DNA of 64,000 nt from the NCBI GenBank assembly GCA_009694085.1, contig SHVW01000002.1, forward strand, positions 11,595 to 75,594. The letters run 5' to 3'. The DNA is from Alphaproteobacteria bacterium. GTDB taxonomy: Bacteria; Pseudomonadota; Alphaproteobacteria; SHVW01. Of this stretch, positions 39,585-50,228 are shown piece after piece. Position 1 is the first letter of the stretch. The number at the start of each line of letters is the position of its first letter. The notes beneath the pieces are model-generated. The model was not told the DNA's origin. It saw only the letters and a program-made list of their open reading frames with translations, and made no database searches. The position numbers and the translations under genes were made by a program.

Positions 39585-40655
39585 ATGACTCGCCTCAGCA
39601 TCGAGGCGCTGGAAAAGCGCTTTGACGCCGTCCGTGCCATCGCCGGTATTGACATGGAGGTCGCTCAGGGCGAATTCGTCGCCCTGCTCGGGCCCTCCGG
39701 TTGTGGCAAGACCACGACCTTGCGCTGCATCGCCGGTTTCGAGAGCCCAAGCGCCGGTACCATCTGCTTCGATGGCGACGATGTCACCGGGCTGCCCCCG
39801 GAGAAGCGCGATATCGGCATGGTGTTCCAGAACTATGCCCTGTTCCCGCATATGACGGTGAACGGCAATCTGGCCTTCGGGCTGGAAATGCGCGACATCG
39901 CGGCCGGGGAGGTTCAGAGGCGAATCGCCGAGGTGCTCGGCCTGGTCCAACTCGACGGGCTGGGCGAGCGGTATCCGCGTCAGCTTTCGGGCGGTCAGCA
40001 GCAGCGCGTCGCGCTGGCGCGCGCGCTCGTCATTCACCCTAAGTTGCTGCTGCTGGATGAACCCTTGGCCAATCTGGACGCCAAGCTGCGCGACGAGATG
40101 CGATTTTTCATCCGCGGCTTGCAGAAGCGCATCGGCATCACGGCGATCTATGTCACCCACGATCAGGCCGAAGCCATGGTCATGTCCGATCGCATCGTCG
40201 TCATGTTCGACGGAATCATTCATCAACTCGGCACGGCCGAGGATGTTTATGACCGCCCGGCCACCCGCGCGGTCGCCAGCTTCATCGGCCTGTCCAATTT
40301 TTTCGAGGGTACGTTCAGCGGACAGGTGGGTGTCCATTACGGGCTCGATACCGCACTCGGTCGAATCGGCTGCGGTGCCGGCTTCGCGCTGACGCCGGGG
40401 CAGAAGGCGACGGCCATGATCCGGCCCGAGGCGATCGGCCTGGCCTCGGCGGTGCCAAACGGGGCGGCGGCGTTCCAGGGTACGGTGGCGGAGCGTTATT
40501 TTCTCGGCAACCTCGCCGACTACCGGATCAAGATGGCGGATGGCTCCGTGCTCCAGGTGCAGCAGCCGGCGACGGCCTCCTTCGCGCCCGGCGCCGTCGT
40601 CCATGTGATCTTGCCGGCGGACCGGGCCTGGCTGGTGCGCGAGCGGGCGCCGTGA
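39585..40655 (+). CDS. ABC transporter ATP-binding protein (PotA/UgpC-like, with C-terminal TOBE-like region)
   Basis: [42 protein letters not shown]. Confidence 0.85.
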   Translation: MTRLSIEALEKRFDAVRAIAGIDMEVAQGEFVALLGPSGCGKTTTLRCIAGFESPSAGTICFDGDDVTGLPPEKRDIGMVFQNYALFPHMTVNGNLAFGLEMRDIAAGEVQRRIAEVLGLVQLDGLGERYPRQLSGGQQQRVALARALVIHPKLLLLDEPLANLDAKLRDEMRFFIRGLQKRIGITAIYVTHDQAEAMVMSDRIVVMFDGIIHQLGTAEDVYDRPATRAVASFIGLSNFFEGTFSGQVGVHYGLDTALGRIGCGAGFALTPGQKATAMIRPEAIGLASAVPNGAAAFQGTVAERYFLGNLADYRIKMADGSVLQVQQPATASFAPGAVVHVILPADRAWLVRERAP

Positions 40656-41515
40656 GCGAGCGGCCCGCGCGCCCGACAAAACTGCCGCTGGGCCTGCTGC
40701 TCGCCCTGCCCGTGCTGGTGACGGTTGGGGCCTTGATCGTCGTGCCCTATGTCAACATCGTCATCATGAGCTTCCGCACGCCGTCGACCACGCGGCCCTA
40801 TGCACCGGGCTTCACGATCGACAACTACGCGCGCGCGTTGACCGATTCGTTCTATCTCGAATTACTGGGCGACACGGTCCGTCTGGCGGTCATGATCACC
40901 GCGCTTTGCCTCGTCATCGCCTATCCCGCTGCCTATCACCTGGCGCGCACGACATCGCGCTGGCGCGGCGTGCTCTATGCCCTCGTGTTGTCGCCTCTAC
41001 TGGTCGGCGTGGTGATCCGGTCCTTCGGCTGGATCATCCTGCTCGCCAACAATGGGTTGATCAACCAGATGCTCCGCGCCCTCGAATTGCCGGCTCTACC
41101 GCTGATGTATAACGAATTCGGCGTGGTCCTGGCGCTTGTCCATGTATTCCTACCCTTTATGGTGCTGCCGTTGATGGGCGCCATCCAAGGCATCGATCCC
41201 CGGCTGGAGGAAGCGGCGCGCTCGCTCGGCGCCAGCCGGACCAAGGTGTTCCGCCGGGTGGTGCTGCCGCTATCCATGCCGGGCGTGCAATCCGGCTGTA
41301 TCCTGGTTTTCGTGCTGTCCTGCGGTGCCTACGTCACGCCGGCCCTGCTGGGTGCGGGACGGGTGCATACGTTGACCACGGAAGTCGTGACCATGCTCGA
41401 CCAGTTCCTGTGGCCGCGCGGCGCGGCGCTGGCACTGATCCTGGCGTCGGCCGGGTTGATCGCGGTCTGGCTGTGGGCCCATTTCTCCGGCCGGACCATG
41501 CGGGGCCTGGCATGA
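40652..41515 (+). CDS. ABC transporter permease (PotB-like)
   Basis: Polytopic membrane protein with the EAA loop LEEAARSLGASRTKVFRRVVLP. 4-nt overlap with the ATPase stop. Confidence 0.85.
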   Translation: MSERPARPTKLPLGLLLALPVLVTVGALIVVPYVNIVIMSFRTPSTTRPYAPGFTIDNYARALTDSFYLELLGDTVRLAVMITALCLVIAYPAAYHLARTTSRWRGVLYALVLSPLLVGVVIRSFGWIILLANNGLINQMLRALELPALPLMYNEFGVVLALVHVFLPFMVLPLMGAIQGIDPRLEEAARSLGASRTKVFRRVVLPLSMPGVQSGCILVFVLSCGAYVTPALLGAGRVHTLTTEVVTMLDQFLWPRGAALALILASAGLIAVWLWAHFSGRTMRGLA

Positions 41516-42300
41516 AGCCCGGCCGCGCCGCTTACTTGACCAGCGTCGCCGCAGTCTATGTATTCCTGATGCTGCCCATCTCCATCGTGGTGATCGCATC
41601 GTTCAATTCGGGAAAATATCTGCGCTTTCCGCCCGAGGGTTTTTCGCTTCGTTGGTACGCCCAGTTCTTCGCCTCCCAGCCCTTCATGGATGCGCTGGAG
41701 CTATCGCTCGTCCTGGCGGCGGTTTCGACCCTGGCGGCAACCCTGATCGGGACGCCGGCCGCCCTTTACTATGTGCGCCATGCCAAGAACTGGCGCGAGA
41801 CGTTCCGGCTGTACACACTAGCGCCGTTGCTGCTGCCCGAAATCCTGACCTCGATCGCGCTATTGTTTCTCTATTACCAGATCGGGCTCGGCACCAAGAC
41901 CGTGGCCGGGCTCTATTTCGGCCATATCGTGATCTGCGTGCCCTTCGTTTTTCTGCAAGTTACGGCATCGCTCTACAATCTTTCGCCGGCGGTGGAGGAG
42001 GCCGCGCGGTCCCTGGGCGCCTCGCCAGCAACCGTCTTCCGCCGCATTACCCTGCCCTTGATCAAGCCGGGCATCATCAACGGCGCTCTCTTCGCCTTCA
42101 TCATCTCGTTCGACAATGTGACGATTTCGCTGCTGCTCAAGGGCGTGGGCACGACGACCCTACCGATGCAAGTGTTCGACTATCTGCGTTGGGATTTCGA
42201 TCCGACCACAGCGGCGGCCTCGACCGTGTCGATCCTGATGACGCTCGGCGCCGTGCTGGCGGTGGACCGGCTGGTCGGCCTCAGGGCAATGCGCTACTGA
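41512..42300 (+). CDS. ABC transporter permease (PotC-like)
   Basis: EAA loop VEEAARSLGASPATVFRRITLP. The ATG at 41512 overlaps the upstream stop (ATGA). Confidence 0.85.
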   Translation: MKPGRAAYLTSVAAVYVFLMLPISIVVIASFNSGKYLRFPPEGFSLRWYAQFFASQPFMDALELSLVLAAVSTLAATLIGTPAALYYVRHAKNWRETFRLYTLAPLLLPEILTSIALLFLYYQIGLGTKTVAGLYFGHIVICVPFVFLQVTASLYNLSPAVEEAARSLGASPATVFRRITLPLIKPGIINGALFAFIISFDNVTISLLLKGVGTTTLPMQVFDYLRWDFDPTTAAASTVSILMTLGAVLAVDRLVGLRAMRY

Positions 42301-42301
42301 C

Positions 42302-45300
42302 CTATTCGGCGGCGCGCGCGAGCGCGGTGCGCCGGGCCTGGGAGGCCGCGCGATCGACCCGGCCACCGGCGCCCACGACCACGCCGTAGTCGCGCGCCGC
42401 GCCGGTTGGCGTCACATAACCCTGGTCCAGATCGCCATCGATGGCGTCGTAGCTGCGGGTCAGCGGGTCGCCATAGCCGGCGCCGCCGGCCAGAATGATT
42501 TCCGCGATCTCGTCGTCGCTCGTCAGGGTCAACAACTGGCCCGTACCGAGATCGTGGGGAACGCCTGATTTGGTCAATGTGCCGCTGACTTTGCCGCCGG
42601 GCCGCCCGCCATCCAGGCCTTCATAGGAGAGCCCGACCCCCTCGGGATAGACGCCCGCCAGCAGGTTGCGGCCGTCGCGCGCAAGCTTGCGGAAGCGCAC
42701 GAACTGGCCGAGCCCGCCGCGCTGTGCGCCGGGGCCGCCGGTGTCGGGTAGATAGGCCTTTTCCAGCACAATCGCCGGGGTGCGCGTTTCGAACAGTTCG
42801 ATCGGCGTATTGGCCGCCGAGGTCGGCCACATCAAGCCGGATTTGCCGTCGCCGCCGGCCGAGCCGCCTTGTCCGCCGCCCATGAAGATATGGTCGTTAT
42901 AAGCCCGCCCATCGGGGCCGAGGCCATAGACGAACACCGCCACGGGCAACCCGGTATGGGCTTGGACCTGGGCGGGCATGGCGGGGGCGAGGGCGCGGAA
43001 CAGATTGGGTGCCACATACCAGCCCACCCTCGTGCGCAGATTGACCGCTGCCGGTCGGATGCAGTTGAGCGCGCTGCCCTCCGGTGCCTTGACCGTGAAC
43101 GGCCGGTAGCAGCCGGCATTGCCGCGCACGTTCGGCGTCAGCATGCATTTCAGGGGATATGTGGTGTGGGCGGCGGTGTAGTTGAGCGTGCAATTATAGC
43201 CGCCCTGGGGCAGTTGGGGCGGGCAGCCCTCGAAATCGACTTCGATGCTGTCGCCGGCCACCGTCACCTTGATCGGATAGTCCAGGCGTTGGCCCAGCGG
43301 GTTGTTGGAAATCGTGCTGCGATAGACGCCGTCGGGAATGGCGCGAATGGCGGCGCGCATGGCGGCCTCGGCGCGGTCCTGAACGATGGCGGCGAGCGGG
43401 CGCAAATCCTCGATGCCGTATTCCGCCATGAAGGCGAGCAGACGCTGGGCGCCGACCGCGTTGGCCGAGACGAGGGCATGGAGATCGCCCAGCACCTGTT
43501 CGGGATTGCGTACGTTCTCCGCGATCAGGGCGAACAAATCCTCGTTGGGCACCCCGTCGCGGAACAGCTTCATCGGCGGGATCTGGATGCCCTCCTCGAA
43601 GATCTCGCGCGCGCGCATGGAATCCTTGGTGCCGCCGATGTCGGAGACATGGCCGACCGTGCCGATCAGGCCGACCAGCACGCCCTCGCGAAACACCGGC
43701 GTGACCACGGCGATGTCGAAGAGATGGCCGGCACATAGCCAGGGATCGTTGGTGGTCAGCACGTCGCCCGGCTTCAGCGTGTGCGGCGGGAACTTCGCCA
43801 GCAGCGCCTTGACCGCGCGCGGCAGGGTCAGGTTGAACACCGGCATGGCGCGTGGGCTGTGGGCCAGCGGCTCGCCTATGGGATCGAGCAGCTCGCAGGC
43901 GAAATCCTGGCTTTCCGAGATGATCAGCGAGAAGGCCGTGCGGCATACGGTCGACCACATCTCTTCGACCACGGTGATCAGCCGGCTCCACATGATCTCC
44001 AGCCCGATCGGATCGGCCTCCAGCCGGGCGCGCGCCTCGGCCATGGGCATCTTGGCCGTGATGCGGGCCGGCGCGGCAGCGAGTGCGGCGATGGCGATGC
44101 GCAGGTTGAGCGTGGCATCCACCGCCAGCTTGTCGCCCGGTGGCACGATGGTGGTGGCCTCGCGCTCCTCCACGATCGCGGGCCCGTCGATGCGGTCGCC
44201 CGGGCGCAGCGCGTAGCGGTCATAGACCGGCGTGTCGACGAAGCGGCCGTCGAACCAGGCGGGCCGGTTGCCCTTATGGGCGGCGCGCAGATTGGAGCCG
44301 GTCGTGGCTTCGCGGATGTCGAGCACCGGGGGCGGCCCCTCGGCCGTAACCCGCCAGGTGATCGCCTCCATGACGGCGCCGGTATAGACATGGGTGTAAC
44401 GCGCGGCATAGACCTCGGCGAAGCGCCGGCCGATCTCGGCCAGCGAGTTCGTGCCGAGCGGCCCATCGGGTAGGGGCACGTCGATTTCGTGCATCTGGCC
44501 GAGCAGGCGCATGTCGGCGCTGCGGCGCAGCCGGATGTCGCCATCGGCGATGCCGGCCTCGCGCAAGGCGGCGCGTGCATCGGCCTCAAGCTGGGCCAGC
44601 GCGGCATTCGCGGTGGTGGCGTCGAAGCGCGCGGCATCCATCACGATGGGCAGCGAGCGCATGCGCTCCGCACCCAGCGGGGCGGCCAGGAAACCCAAAG
44701 CCGAGGCGGCACCGCAGGCGGGCGGCACGATCACCTCGGGCATGCCCAGGATGCGGGCGACGCTGCACGCATGGGCCGGGCCGGCACCGCCGAAACCGAC
44801 CATGGCATAGCGCCGGGGATCGCGGCCCTTCTCGATCATGTGGACGCGGGCAGCGGACGCCATGTTCTCGTTGACCACGGCATGGATGCCCCAGGCAGCC
44901 GCCGTGGCCGATAGGCCGAGCTTCTTGCCCAGCGCGCTCAGTGCCGCTTCGGCGGCATTGCGGTCAAGCGTCATCCGCCCGCCCAGGAAATAGCTGGGAT
45001 CGAGATATCCCAGCAGCAGATTGGCGTCGGTCACAGTGGCCGCCGTGCCGCCTTTGCCGTAACAGGCGGGGCCGGGGTCGGCACCGGCCGAGTGGGGGCC
45101 GACCTTGAGCAAGCCGACCTCGTCGACGCTGGCCATAGAGCCGCCGCCGGCACCGATCTCGATCATGTCGATGACGGGCGCCTTGATCGGCAGGCCCGAG
45201 CCCTTCTTGAAGCGGTGGACGCGGGCTGCCTCCATCATGGCGGCGATGTCGGCGCGGCCGTCGACGATCATACAGGCCTTCGCTGTGGTGCCGCCCATGT

Positions 45301-46183
45301 CGAAGGACAGCATGTCTTTCAGCCCGGCCTGCTTGCCGAACAACGCGGTCGCCAGTCCGCCGCCGGCCGGGCCAGATTCCAGTAGGCGGATCGGATAGGC
45401 CCGCGCCATGGCGGGCGAGGCGAGCGCGCCCGAGGACTGCATCAGCATCAGCCGGCCGGTGAAACCGCGGCGGCCCAGTTCCGCCTCCAGCCGCTTGAGA
45501 TAGCTGTCCACCAGGGGTTGGACATAGGCGTTGGCGCAGGTGGTGACGGCGCGCTCGTATTCCCGGATCTCGCCAACCACGCCGGAGGATAGCGACACGG
45601 CCAAGCCCGGAAACTCCGCGCGGGCCAGTTTGGCTACCGCCTGTTCGTGCGCCGGATTGGCATGGGAATGAAGGAAGCAGACGGCGACCGCCTCGACCTT
45701 CTCGGCCGCCAACCGCTTCAGCGCCGCGCGCACCTCGTCGGTCGCGAGCGGTGCCAGCACGCTGCCATCGGCCAGCACGCGCTCGGCTATCTCCAGCCGG
45801 CGCCGTCGCGGCACCAGGGGCGTGGGGAATTGCAAGAACAGGTCGTAGATGTCGTAGCGTTGCTCGCTCGCCATTTCGAGGGAGTCGCGGAAACCCTTGG
45901 TGGTGAGCAGGCCGAGCCGCGCGCCCCTGCGCTCGATGATGGCGTTGGTGACCAGCGTCGTGCCATGGACCAGCTCGCCGATCTGGGCGAGCGAGATGCC
46001 GGCGGCCGATGCCAGCGCCTCCAACCCCTCCAGCGCGCCAACGGAGGGGTCTGCTGGCGTGGTCAGGCATTTATGCAGCCGGATCGTCCCGCTCTCGCCA
46101 TCGTGCAGGATGAAATCGGTGAAGGTGCCGCCGATATCGAAACCGATGCGGTAACGGAGCGCCGTGGGTGGGTCGAAGGGCAT
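42302..46183 (-). CDS. fused hydantoinase A/B (HyuA-HyuB), 5-oxoprolinase-like ATP-dependent amidohydrolase, 1293 aa
   Basis: N-terminus YRIGFDIGGTFTDFIL (hydantoinase A/ASKHA fold). The C-terminal half is hydantoinase B/oxoprolinase-like (DPIGLEIMWSRL...). SD GAGGTG lies upstream of the ATG at 46183. Confidence 0.85.
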   Translation of the reverse strand: MPFDPPTALRYRIGFDIGGTFTDFILHDGESGTIRLHKCLTTPADPSVGALEGLEALASAAGISLAQIGELVHGTTLVTNAIIERRGARLGLLTTKGFRDSLEMASEQRYDIYDLFLQFPTPLVPRRRRLEIAERVLADGSVLAPLATDEVRAALKRLAAEKVEAVAVCFLHSHANPAHEQAVAKLARAEFPGLAVSLSSGVVGEIREYERAVTTCANAYVQPLVDSYLKRLEAELGRRGFTGRLMLMQSSGALASPAMARAYPIRLLESGPAGGGLATALFGKQAGLKDMLSFDMGGTTAKACMIVDGRADIAAMMEAARVHRFKKGSGLPIKAPVIDMIEIGAGGGSMASVDEVGLLKVGPHSAGADPGPACYGKGGTAATVTDANLLLGYLDPSYFLGGRMTLDRNAAEAALSALGKKLGLSATAAAWGIHAVVNENMASAARVHMIEKGRDPRRYAMVGFGGAGPAHACSVARILGMPEVIVPPACGAASALGFLAAPLGAERMRSLPIVMDAARFDATTANAALAQLEADARAALREAGIADGDIRLRRSADMRLLGQMHEIDVPLPDGPLGTNSLAEIGRRFAEVYAARYTHVYTGAVMEAITWRVTAEGPPPVLDIREATTGSNLRAAHKGNRPAWFDGRFVDTPVYDRYALRPGDRIDGPAIVEEREATTIVPPGDKLAVDATLNLRIAIAALAAAPARITAKMPMAEARARLEADPIGLEIMWSRLITVVEEMWSTVCRTAFSLIISESQDFACELLDPIGEPLAHSPRAMPVFNLTLPRAVKALLAKFPPHTLKPGDVLTTNDPWLCAGHLFDIAVVTPVFREGVLVGLIGTVGHVSDIGGTKDSMRAREIFEEGIQIPPMKLFRDGVPNEDLFALIAENVRNPEQVLGDLHALVSANAVGAQRLLAFMAEYGIEDLRPLAAIVQDRAEAAMRAAIRAIPDGVYRSTISNNPLGQRLDYPIKVTVAGDSIEVDFEGCPPQLPQGGYNCTLNYTAAHTTYPLKCMLTPNVRGNAGCYRPFTVKAPEGSALNCIRPAAVNLRTRVGWYVAPNLFRALAPAMPAQVQAHTGLPVAVFVYGLGPDGRAYNDHIFMGGGQGGSAGGDGKSGLMWPTSAANTPIELFETRTPAIVLEKAYLPDTGGPGAQRGGLGQFVRFRKLARDGRNLLAGVYPEGVGLSYEGLDGGRPGGKVSGTLTKSGVPHDLGTGQLLTLTSDDEIAEIILAGGAGYGDPLTRSYDAIDGDLDQGYVTPTGAARDYGVVVGAGGRVDRAASQARRTALARAAE

Positions 46184-46263
46184 GGATCGAGCACCTCGGG
46201 ATGGGGCGACGAGGCAGGAATCTTAGCGTTTTAACCGGATTATGTCATCCCGCCGGACCAAAT

Positions 46264-46302
46264 GAAAATGGGGCGCCCCGTCGCCGGGGCGCCCCATGTT
46301 TT
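46264..46302 (-). terminator. rho-independent terminator of nrdJ (symmetrical, potentially bidirectional)
   Basis: 13-bp perfect stem ATGGGGCGCCCCG (46268-46280) / CGGGGCGCCCCAT (46285-46297) with a 4-nt loop. Flanked by A4 on the left and T4 on the right, which gives a U-run on either strand. Confidence 0.8.
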
Positions 46303-46320
46303 GAGCGGAGAAAGCCGCGT

Positions 46321-49300
46321 TCAGCTACATCCGCTGGTCGCCCCGCAGGTCGCGCATTTCATGCAGGTGCCGTTGCGCACGAGGGTGAAGTTGCCGCATT
46401 CGCCGCAGGCGTCGCCCTGATAGCCCTTCATGCGGGCCTCGCGAATCTTCTCCAGCTTGAGATCGACCGCGGCGGCCACCTCGGCGGCTACCGTCACGGC
46501 GGCGACGACGGCACCTTGGCCGAGTGTTTGCAGCGCGCCGCCATTGGTGCCGGTCAAGGCCGTGGAGGCGCTGAGCACGGCGGTAGTGCCATGGCCGTTA
46601 CCGCCATGGCCATTGCCGCCGCCATTGGTGCCGGTAGCGGCCTGGGTAAGGGCGTGGGCGGCGTGACCGTTGCCATTCCCGTTGCCGCCCTTGTAGACGA
46701 CCAGATTGGTGCGGACGTAACCGCGGCTCGCCACCTTCTCCACCGCCGGCATGGTCGGAACGCGCGGCTGCCCGGACGACCCGGTCAGCGCGCTCTCGTT
46801 CGCGCCGGTGCCGATCGAATCCGGCTGCAAATCCGAGAGCTGGACATGGGCGAGGTCGGTGCGGTCGAGATAGGAGACCGCGAGTTCGCGGAAGATGTAG
46901 TCGAGCACCGAGGTCGCCATCTTGATCGAGTCGTTGCCCTCGACGAGGCCCGAGGGCTCGAAGCGCGTGAAGGTGAAGGCCTCGACCAGTTCTTCCAGCG
47001 GCACGCCATATTGCAGGCCCATGGATACCGCGATGGCGAAGCTGTCCATCAGGGCGCGGAAGGCGGAGCCTTCCTTGTGCATGTCGATGAAGATTTCGCC
47101 GAGCTTGCCGTCATCGTATTCGCCGGTGCGCAGGTAAACCTTGTGGCCGCCGACGATCGCCTTCTGGGTATAGCCCTTGCGGCGCTGAGGCAGGCGGGAG
47201 CGGCCGGCCGGGCGCTGCACGATGCGCTCGATCACGCGCTCGACCGCGCGTTCCGCGACCAGTGCCGCCCGCTCGGCCGGTGGGGCCGCGGCGAGCTGTT
47301 CGGCCGCCTCGATCGCATCCTCGTCGTCATCGACCAGGGAGGACGACAGCGGCTGCGACAGCTTGGAGCCGTCGCGGTAGAGCGCATTCGCCTTGAGGCC
47401 CAGGCGCCAGGACAGCATGTAGGCGTCCTTGCAATCCTCGACGGTCGCCGCATTCGGCATGTTGATGGTCTTGGAGATGGCGCCCGAGATGAACGACTGC
47501 GCCGCGGCCATCATGCGGATATGGCTGTCGACCGACAGGTAGCGCTTGCCGATGCGCCCGCAGGGATTGGCGCAATCGAACACGGGCAGGTGCTCGTCCT
47601 TCAACCCGGGCGCGCCCTCCAGCGTCATGGCGCCGCAGACATGGGTGTTGGCGGCGGCGATATCGGCCTTGGCAAAGCCGAGATGGACCAGCATATCGAA
47701 GCCGGCATCGTCGAGCCGTTCCGCCGGAATGCCAAGCGACTTGATGCAGAACTCCGCGCTCAGATTCCACTTGTTGAACACGTATTTGATGTCGAAGGCG
47801 CTGGCCAGCGCCGCTTCGACCTGGTCCAGCGCCTTGTCCGTGAAGCCCTTGGCGCGGAGCATGCCGTGGTTGACGCCGGGCGCGCTTTTCAGCGTGCCAT
47901 GGCCGACCGCGTAGCGCACGATCTCCTCGATCGAATCGGCACCGTAGCCGAGCGTGCGCAGCGCGTCGGGCACCATGCGGTTGATGATCTTGAAATAGCC
48001 GCCGCCCGCCAGCTTCTTGTGTTTGACCAGGGCAAAATCGGGTTCGATGCCGGTGGTGTCGCAATCCATGACCAGGCCGATCGTGCCGGTCGGCGCGATC
48101 ACGGTCGCCTGGGCGTTGCGGTAGCCGTGCTGCTCGCCGAGCGTCAGCGCCTGGTCCCAGGCGCGCCGAGCGGCGGCGACCAGGTTCGGGTCGGGGCAAT
48201 TGGCGTCGTCGAGCGGCACCGGCGGCACCGACAGGTCTTCATAGCCCTTGGTTGCGCTATGAGCGGCGCGACGGTGGTTGCGGATAACGCGCAGCATGGC
48301 GTCTCGGTTCTTGTCGTAGCTGGGGAAGGAGCCGAGTTCGCCCGCCATCTCCGCCGAGGTCGCATAGCTGACGCCGGTCATGACGGCGGTCAGCGCCGCG
48401 CACATGGCGCGGCCCCGGTCGCTGTCATAGCCAAGCCCCATGGCCATCAGCAGCCCGCCGATATTGGCGTAGCCCAGACCGAGGGTGCGATATTTGTAGG
48501 AAAGCTGGGCAATTTCCTTGGACGGGAACTGCGCCATCAACACGGAGATTTCCAGCGTGATCGTCCACAGCCGGGTCGCATGCTCGTACGCGGCGACGTC
48601 GAAACCGCCCTTGGCGTCGCGGAAGGTCATCAGGTTGAGCGAGGCCAAATTGCACGCCGTGTCGTCCAGGAACATGTATTCTGAGCACGGGTTGGAAGCG
48701 TTGATCCGGCCGGAGGCGGGGCAGGTGTGCCACTCGTTGATCGTGGTGTCGTATTGCAGACCCGGATCGGCGCAGGCCCAGGCGGCGTAGGCGATGTGGT
48801 CCCACAAATCGCGCGCCTTGACGGTCTTGGCCACCTTGCCGTCGGTGCGCCGGATCAGTTTCCATTCTCCGCCCTTGAGCACCTGTTCCAGGAACGCGTT
48901 GGTCAGGCGGACGGAGTTGTTGGAGTTTTGGCCGGACACGGTCAGATAGGCGTCGGAATCCCAATCGGTGTCGTAGGTGCGGAACTCGATCTCGGTATAG
49001 CCCTGGCGCGCAAACTGGATGACGCGCTGGACGTAATTCCCCGGAATCATGGATTTGCGGGCGGCAAGCACGGCGCGCTTGAGCGCTTGGTTCTTCTTGG
49101 GATCGAAGCGATCCTCGCCTGACCCGAGCTGGCCCATGTTAATTTGGCAGGCCGCCATGACCGCATTCATGTGGATATTGGTCATGCGCGAGCCGGCGAC
49201 CAGCGCCGCCACTTTCTGCTCCTCGACGACCTTCCAGTCGATATAGGTCTCGATGTCGGGGTGATCGATGTCGACAGTTACCATCTTGGCCGCGCGCCGG

Positions 49301-50106
49301 GTCGTGCCGCCCGATTTGATCGCGCCGGCCGCCCGGTCGCCGATCTTGAGGAAACTCATCAGCCCCGATGATCGTCCGCCGCCGGCCAGCTTCTCGCCGT
49401 CGCCGCGCAGCTTGGAGAAATTGGTGCCGGTGCCCGAACCGTATTTGAACAGGCGCGCCTCGCGCACCCACAAATCCATGATGCCGCCCTCGTTCACGAG
49501 GTCGTCGGCGACGGATTGGATGAAGCAGGCATGGGGCTGGGGATGTTCGTAGGCAGAGGCGGAGGCGACCAGCTTGCCCGTCTGGAAATCGACATAGTGG
49601 TGCCCCTGGGCCGGGCCATCGATGCCATAGGCCCAGTGCAGCCCGGTGTTGAACCATTGCGGGCTGTTCGGCGCCGCCATCTGACGGCACAGCATGACGC
49701 GCATTTCGTCGAAATAGGCGCGCGCGTCGGCCTCGCCGTCGAAATAGCCGCCTTTCCAGCCCCAATAGGTCCAGGTTCCGGCTAGGCGATCGAACACTTG
49801 GCGCGCCCGGGTCTCGCCGCCCATGCGGCGGGACGGGTCGGCAGCCTGTTGGCGCCACAGCCAGGATGGAACGTCGGATTCTTCCACGGGCTTGAGATTG
49901 TCGTCGGCGGGGACGCCAGCGCGCCGAAAATACTTCTGCGCCAGCACGTCGCACGCCACTTGGCTCCACTCCGTCGGCACTTCGATGTCGGCCTGGTGGA
50001 ACACGACGGAGCCGTCGGGATTCCTGATTTCGCTGACCGTGGTCCGGAACTCGATGGACGCGTAGGGGTCTTTGCCCTCGACCGTGAAATGCCGCGCGAT
50101 CCGCAT
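46321..50106 (-). CDS. nrdJ: class II (adenosylcobalamin-dependent) ribonucleotide reductase
   Basis: [36 protein letters not shown]...[13 protein letters not shown]... and the C-terminal tail [22 protein letters not shown]. The ATG at 50106 is preceded by GGAGGGGG. The 44 upstream codons of the ORF were discarded. Confidence 0.9.
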   Translation of the reverse strand: MRIARHFTVEGKDPYASIEFRTTVSEIRNPDGSVVFHQADIEVPTEWSQVACDVLAQKYFRRAGVPADDNLKPVEESDVPSWLWRQQAADPSRRMGGETRARQVFDRLAGTWTYWGWKGGYFDGEADARAYFDEMRVMLCRQMAAPNSPQWFNTGLHWAYGIDGPAQGHHYVDFQTGKLVASASAYEHPQPHACFIQSVADDLVNEGGIMDLWVREARLFKYGSGTGTNFSKLRGDGEKLAGGGRSSGLMSFLKIGDRAAGAIKSGGTTRRAAKMVTVDIDHPDIETYIDWKVVEEQKVAALVAGSRMTNIHMNAVMAACQINMGQLGSGEDRFDPKKNQALKRAVLAARKSMIPGNYVQRVIQFARQGYTEIEFRTYDTDWDSDAYLTVSGQNSNNSVRLTNAFLEQVLKGGEWKLIRRTDGKVAKTVKARDLWDHIAYAAWACADPGLQYDTTINEWHTCPASGRINASNPCSEYMFLDDTACNLASLNLMTFRDAKGGFDVAAYEHATRLWTITLEISVLMAQFPSKEIAQLSYKYRTLGLGYANIGGLLMAMGLGYDSDRGRAMCAALTAVMTGVSYATSAEMAGELGSFPSYDKNRDAMLRVIRNHRRAAHSATKGYEDLSVPPVPLDDANCPDPNLVAAARRAWDQALTLGEQHGYRNAQATVIAPTGTIGLVMDCDTTGIEPDFALVKHKKLAGGGYFKIINRMVPDALRTLGYGADSIEEIVRYAVGHGTLKSAPGVNHGMLRAKGFTDKALDQVEAALASAFDIKYVFNKWNLSAEFCIKSLGIPAERLDDAGFDMLVHLGFAKADIAAANTHVCGAMTLEGAPGLKDEHLPVFDCANPCGRIGKRYLSVDSHIRMMAAAQSFISGAISKTINMPNAATVEDCKDAYMLSWRLGLKANALYRDGSKLSQPLSSSLVDDDEDAIEAAEQLAAAPPAERAALVAERAVERVIERIVQRPAGRSRLPQRRKGYTQKAIVGGHKVYLRTGEYDDGKLGEIFIDMHKEGSAFRALMDSFAIAVSMGLQYGVPLEELVEAFTFTRFEPSGLVEGNDSIKMATSVLDYIFRELAVSYLDRTDLAHVQLSDLQPDSIGTGANESALTGSSGQPRVPTMPAVEKVASRGYVRTNLVVYKGGNGNGNGHAAHALTQAATGTNGGGNGHGGNGHGTTAVLSASTALTGTNGGALQTLGQGAVVAAVTVAAEVAAAVDLKLEKIREARMKGYQGDACGECGNFTLVRNGTCMKCATCGATSGCS

Positions 50107-50212
50107 GAAAAACGCCCCCTCCGCCAGAATCCTCATAAGGCCCGCGGCGCTACGCTGCGGGCCCGTGTCGATCGCTGCTCCGGTCCCCAACTCACCCGGC
50201 TCGGGCAAGCAT

Positions 50213-50228
50213 CCCCCACATATTGTGG
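50213..50228. promoter_or_regulatory. palindromic box CCCCCACATATTGTGG in the nrdJ leader (NrdR-box-like, imperfect)
   Basis: CCACA-TAT-TGTGG inverted repeat 107-122 nt upstream of the nrdJ ATG. A related box, CCCCCACTATATGTGGGG, lies at 50538-50555. A candidate promoter TTGCAA (50278-50273) - 17 nt - TAAGCT (50255-50250) is on the minus strand. Confidence 0.3.

Noticed and set aside
46168-48684. 838-aa ORF on the plus strand, the longest non-annotated ORF in the window
   Set aside because: It lies entirely antisense to nrdJ, whose product is unmistakable. Its translation is Ala/Gly/Arg-rich with no recognisable motifs. It is a typical stop-codon-poor shadow ORF of GC-rich DNA.
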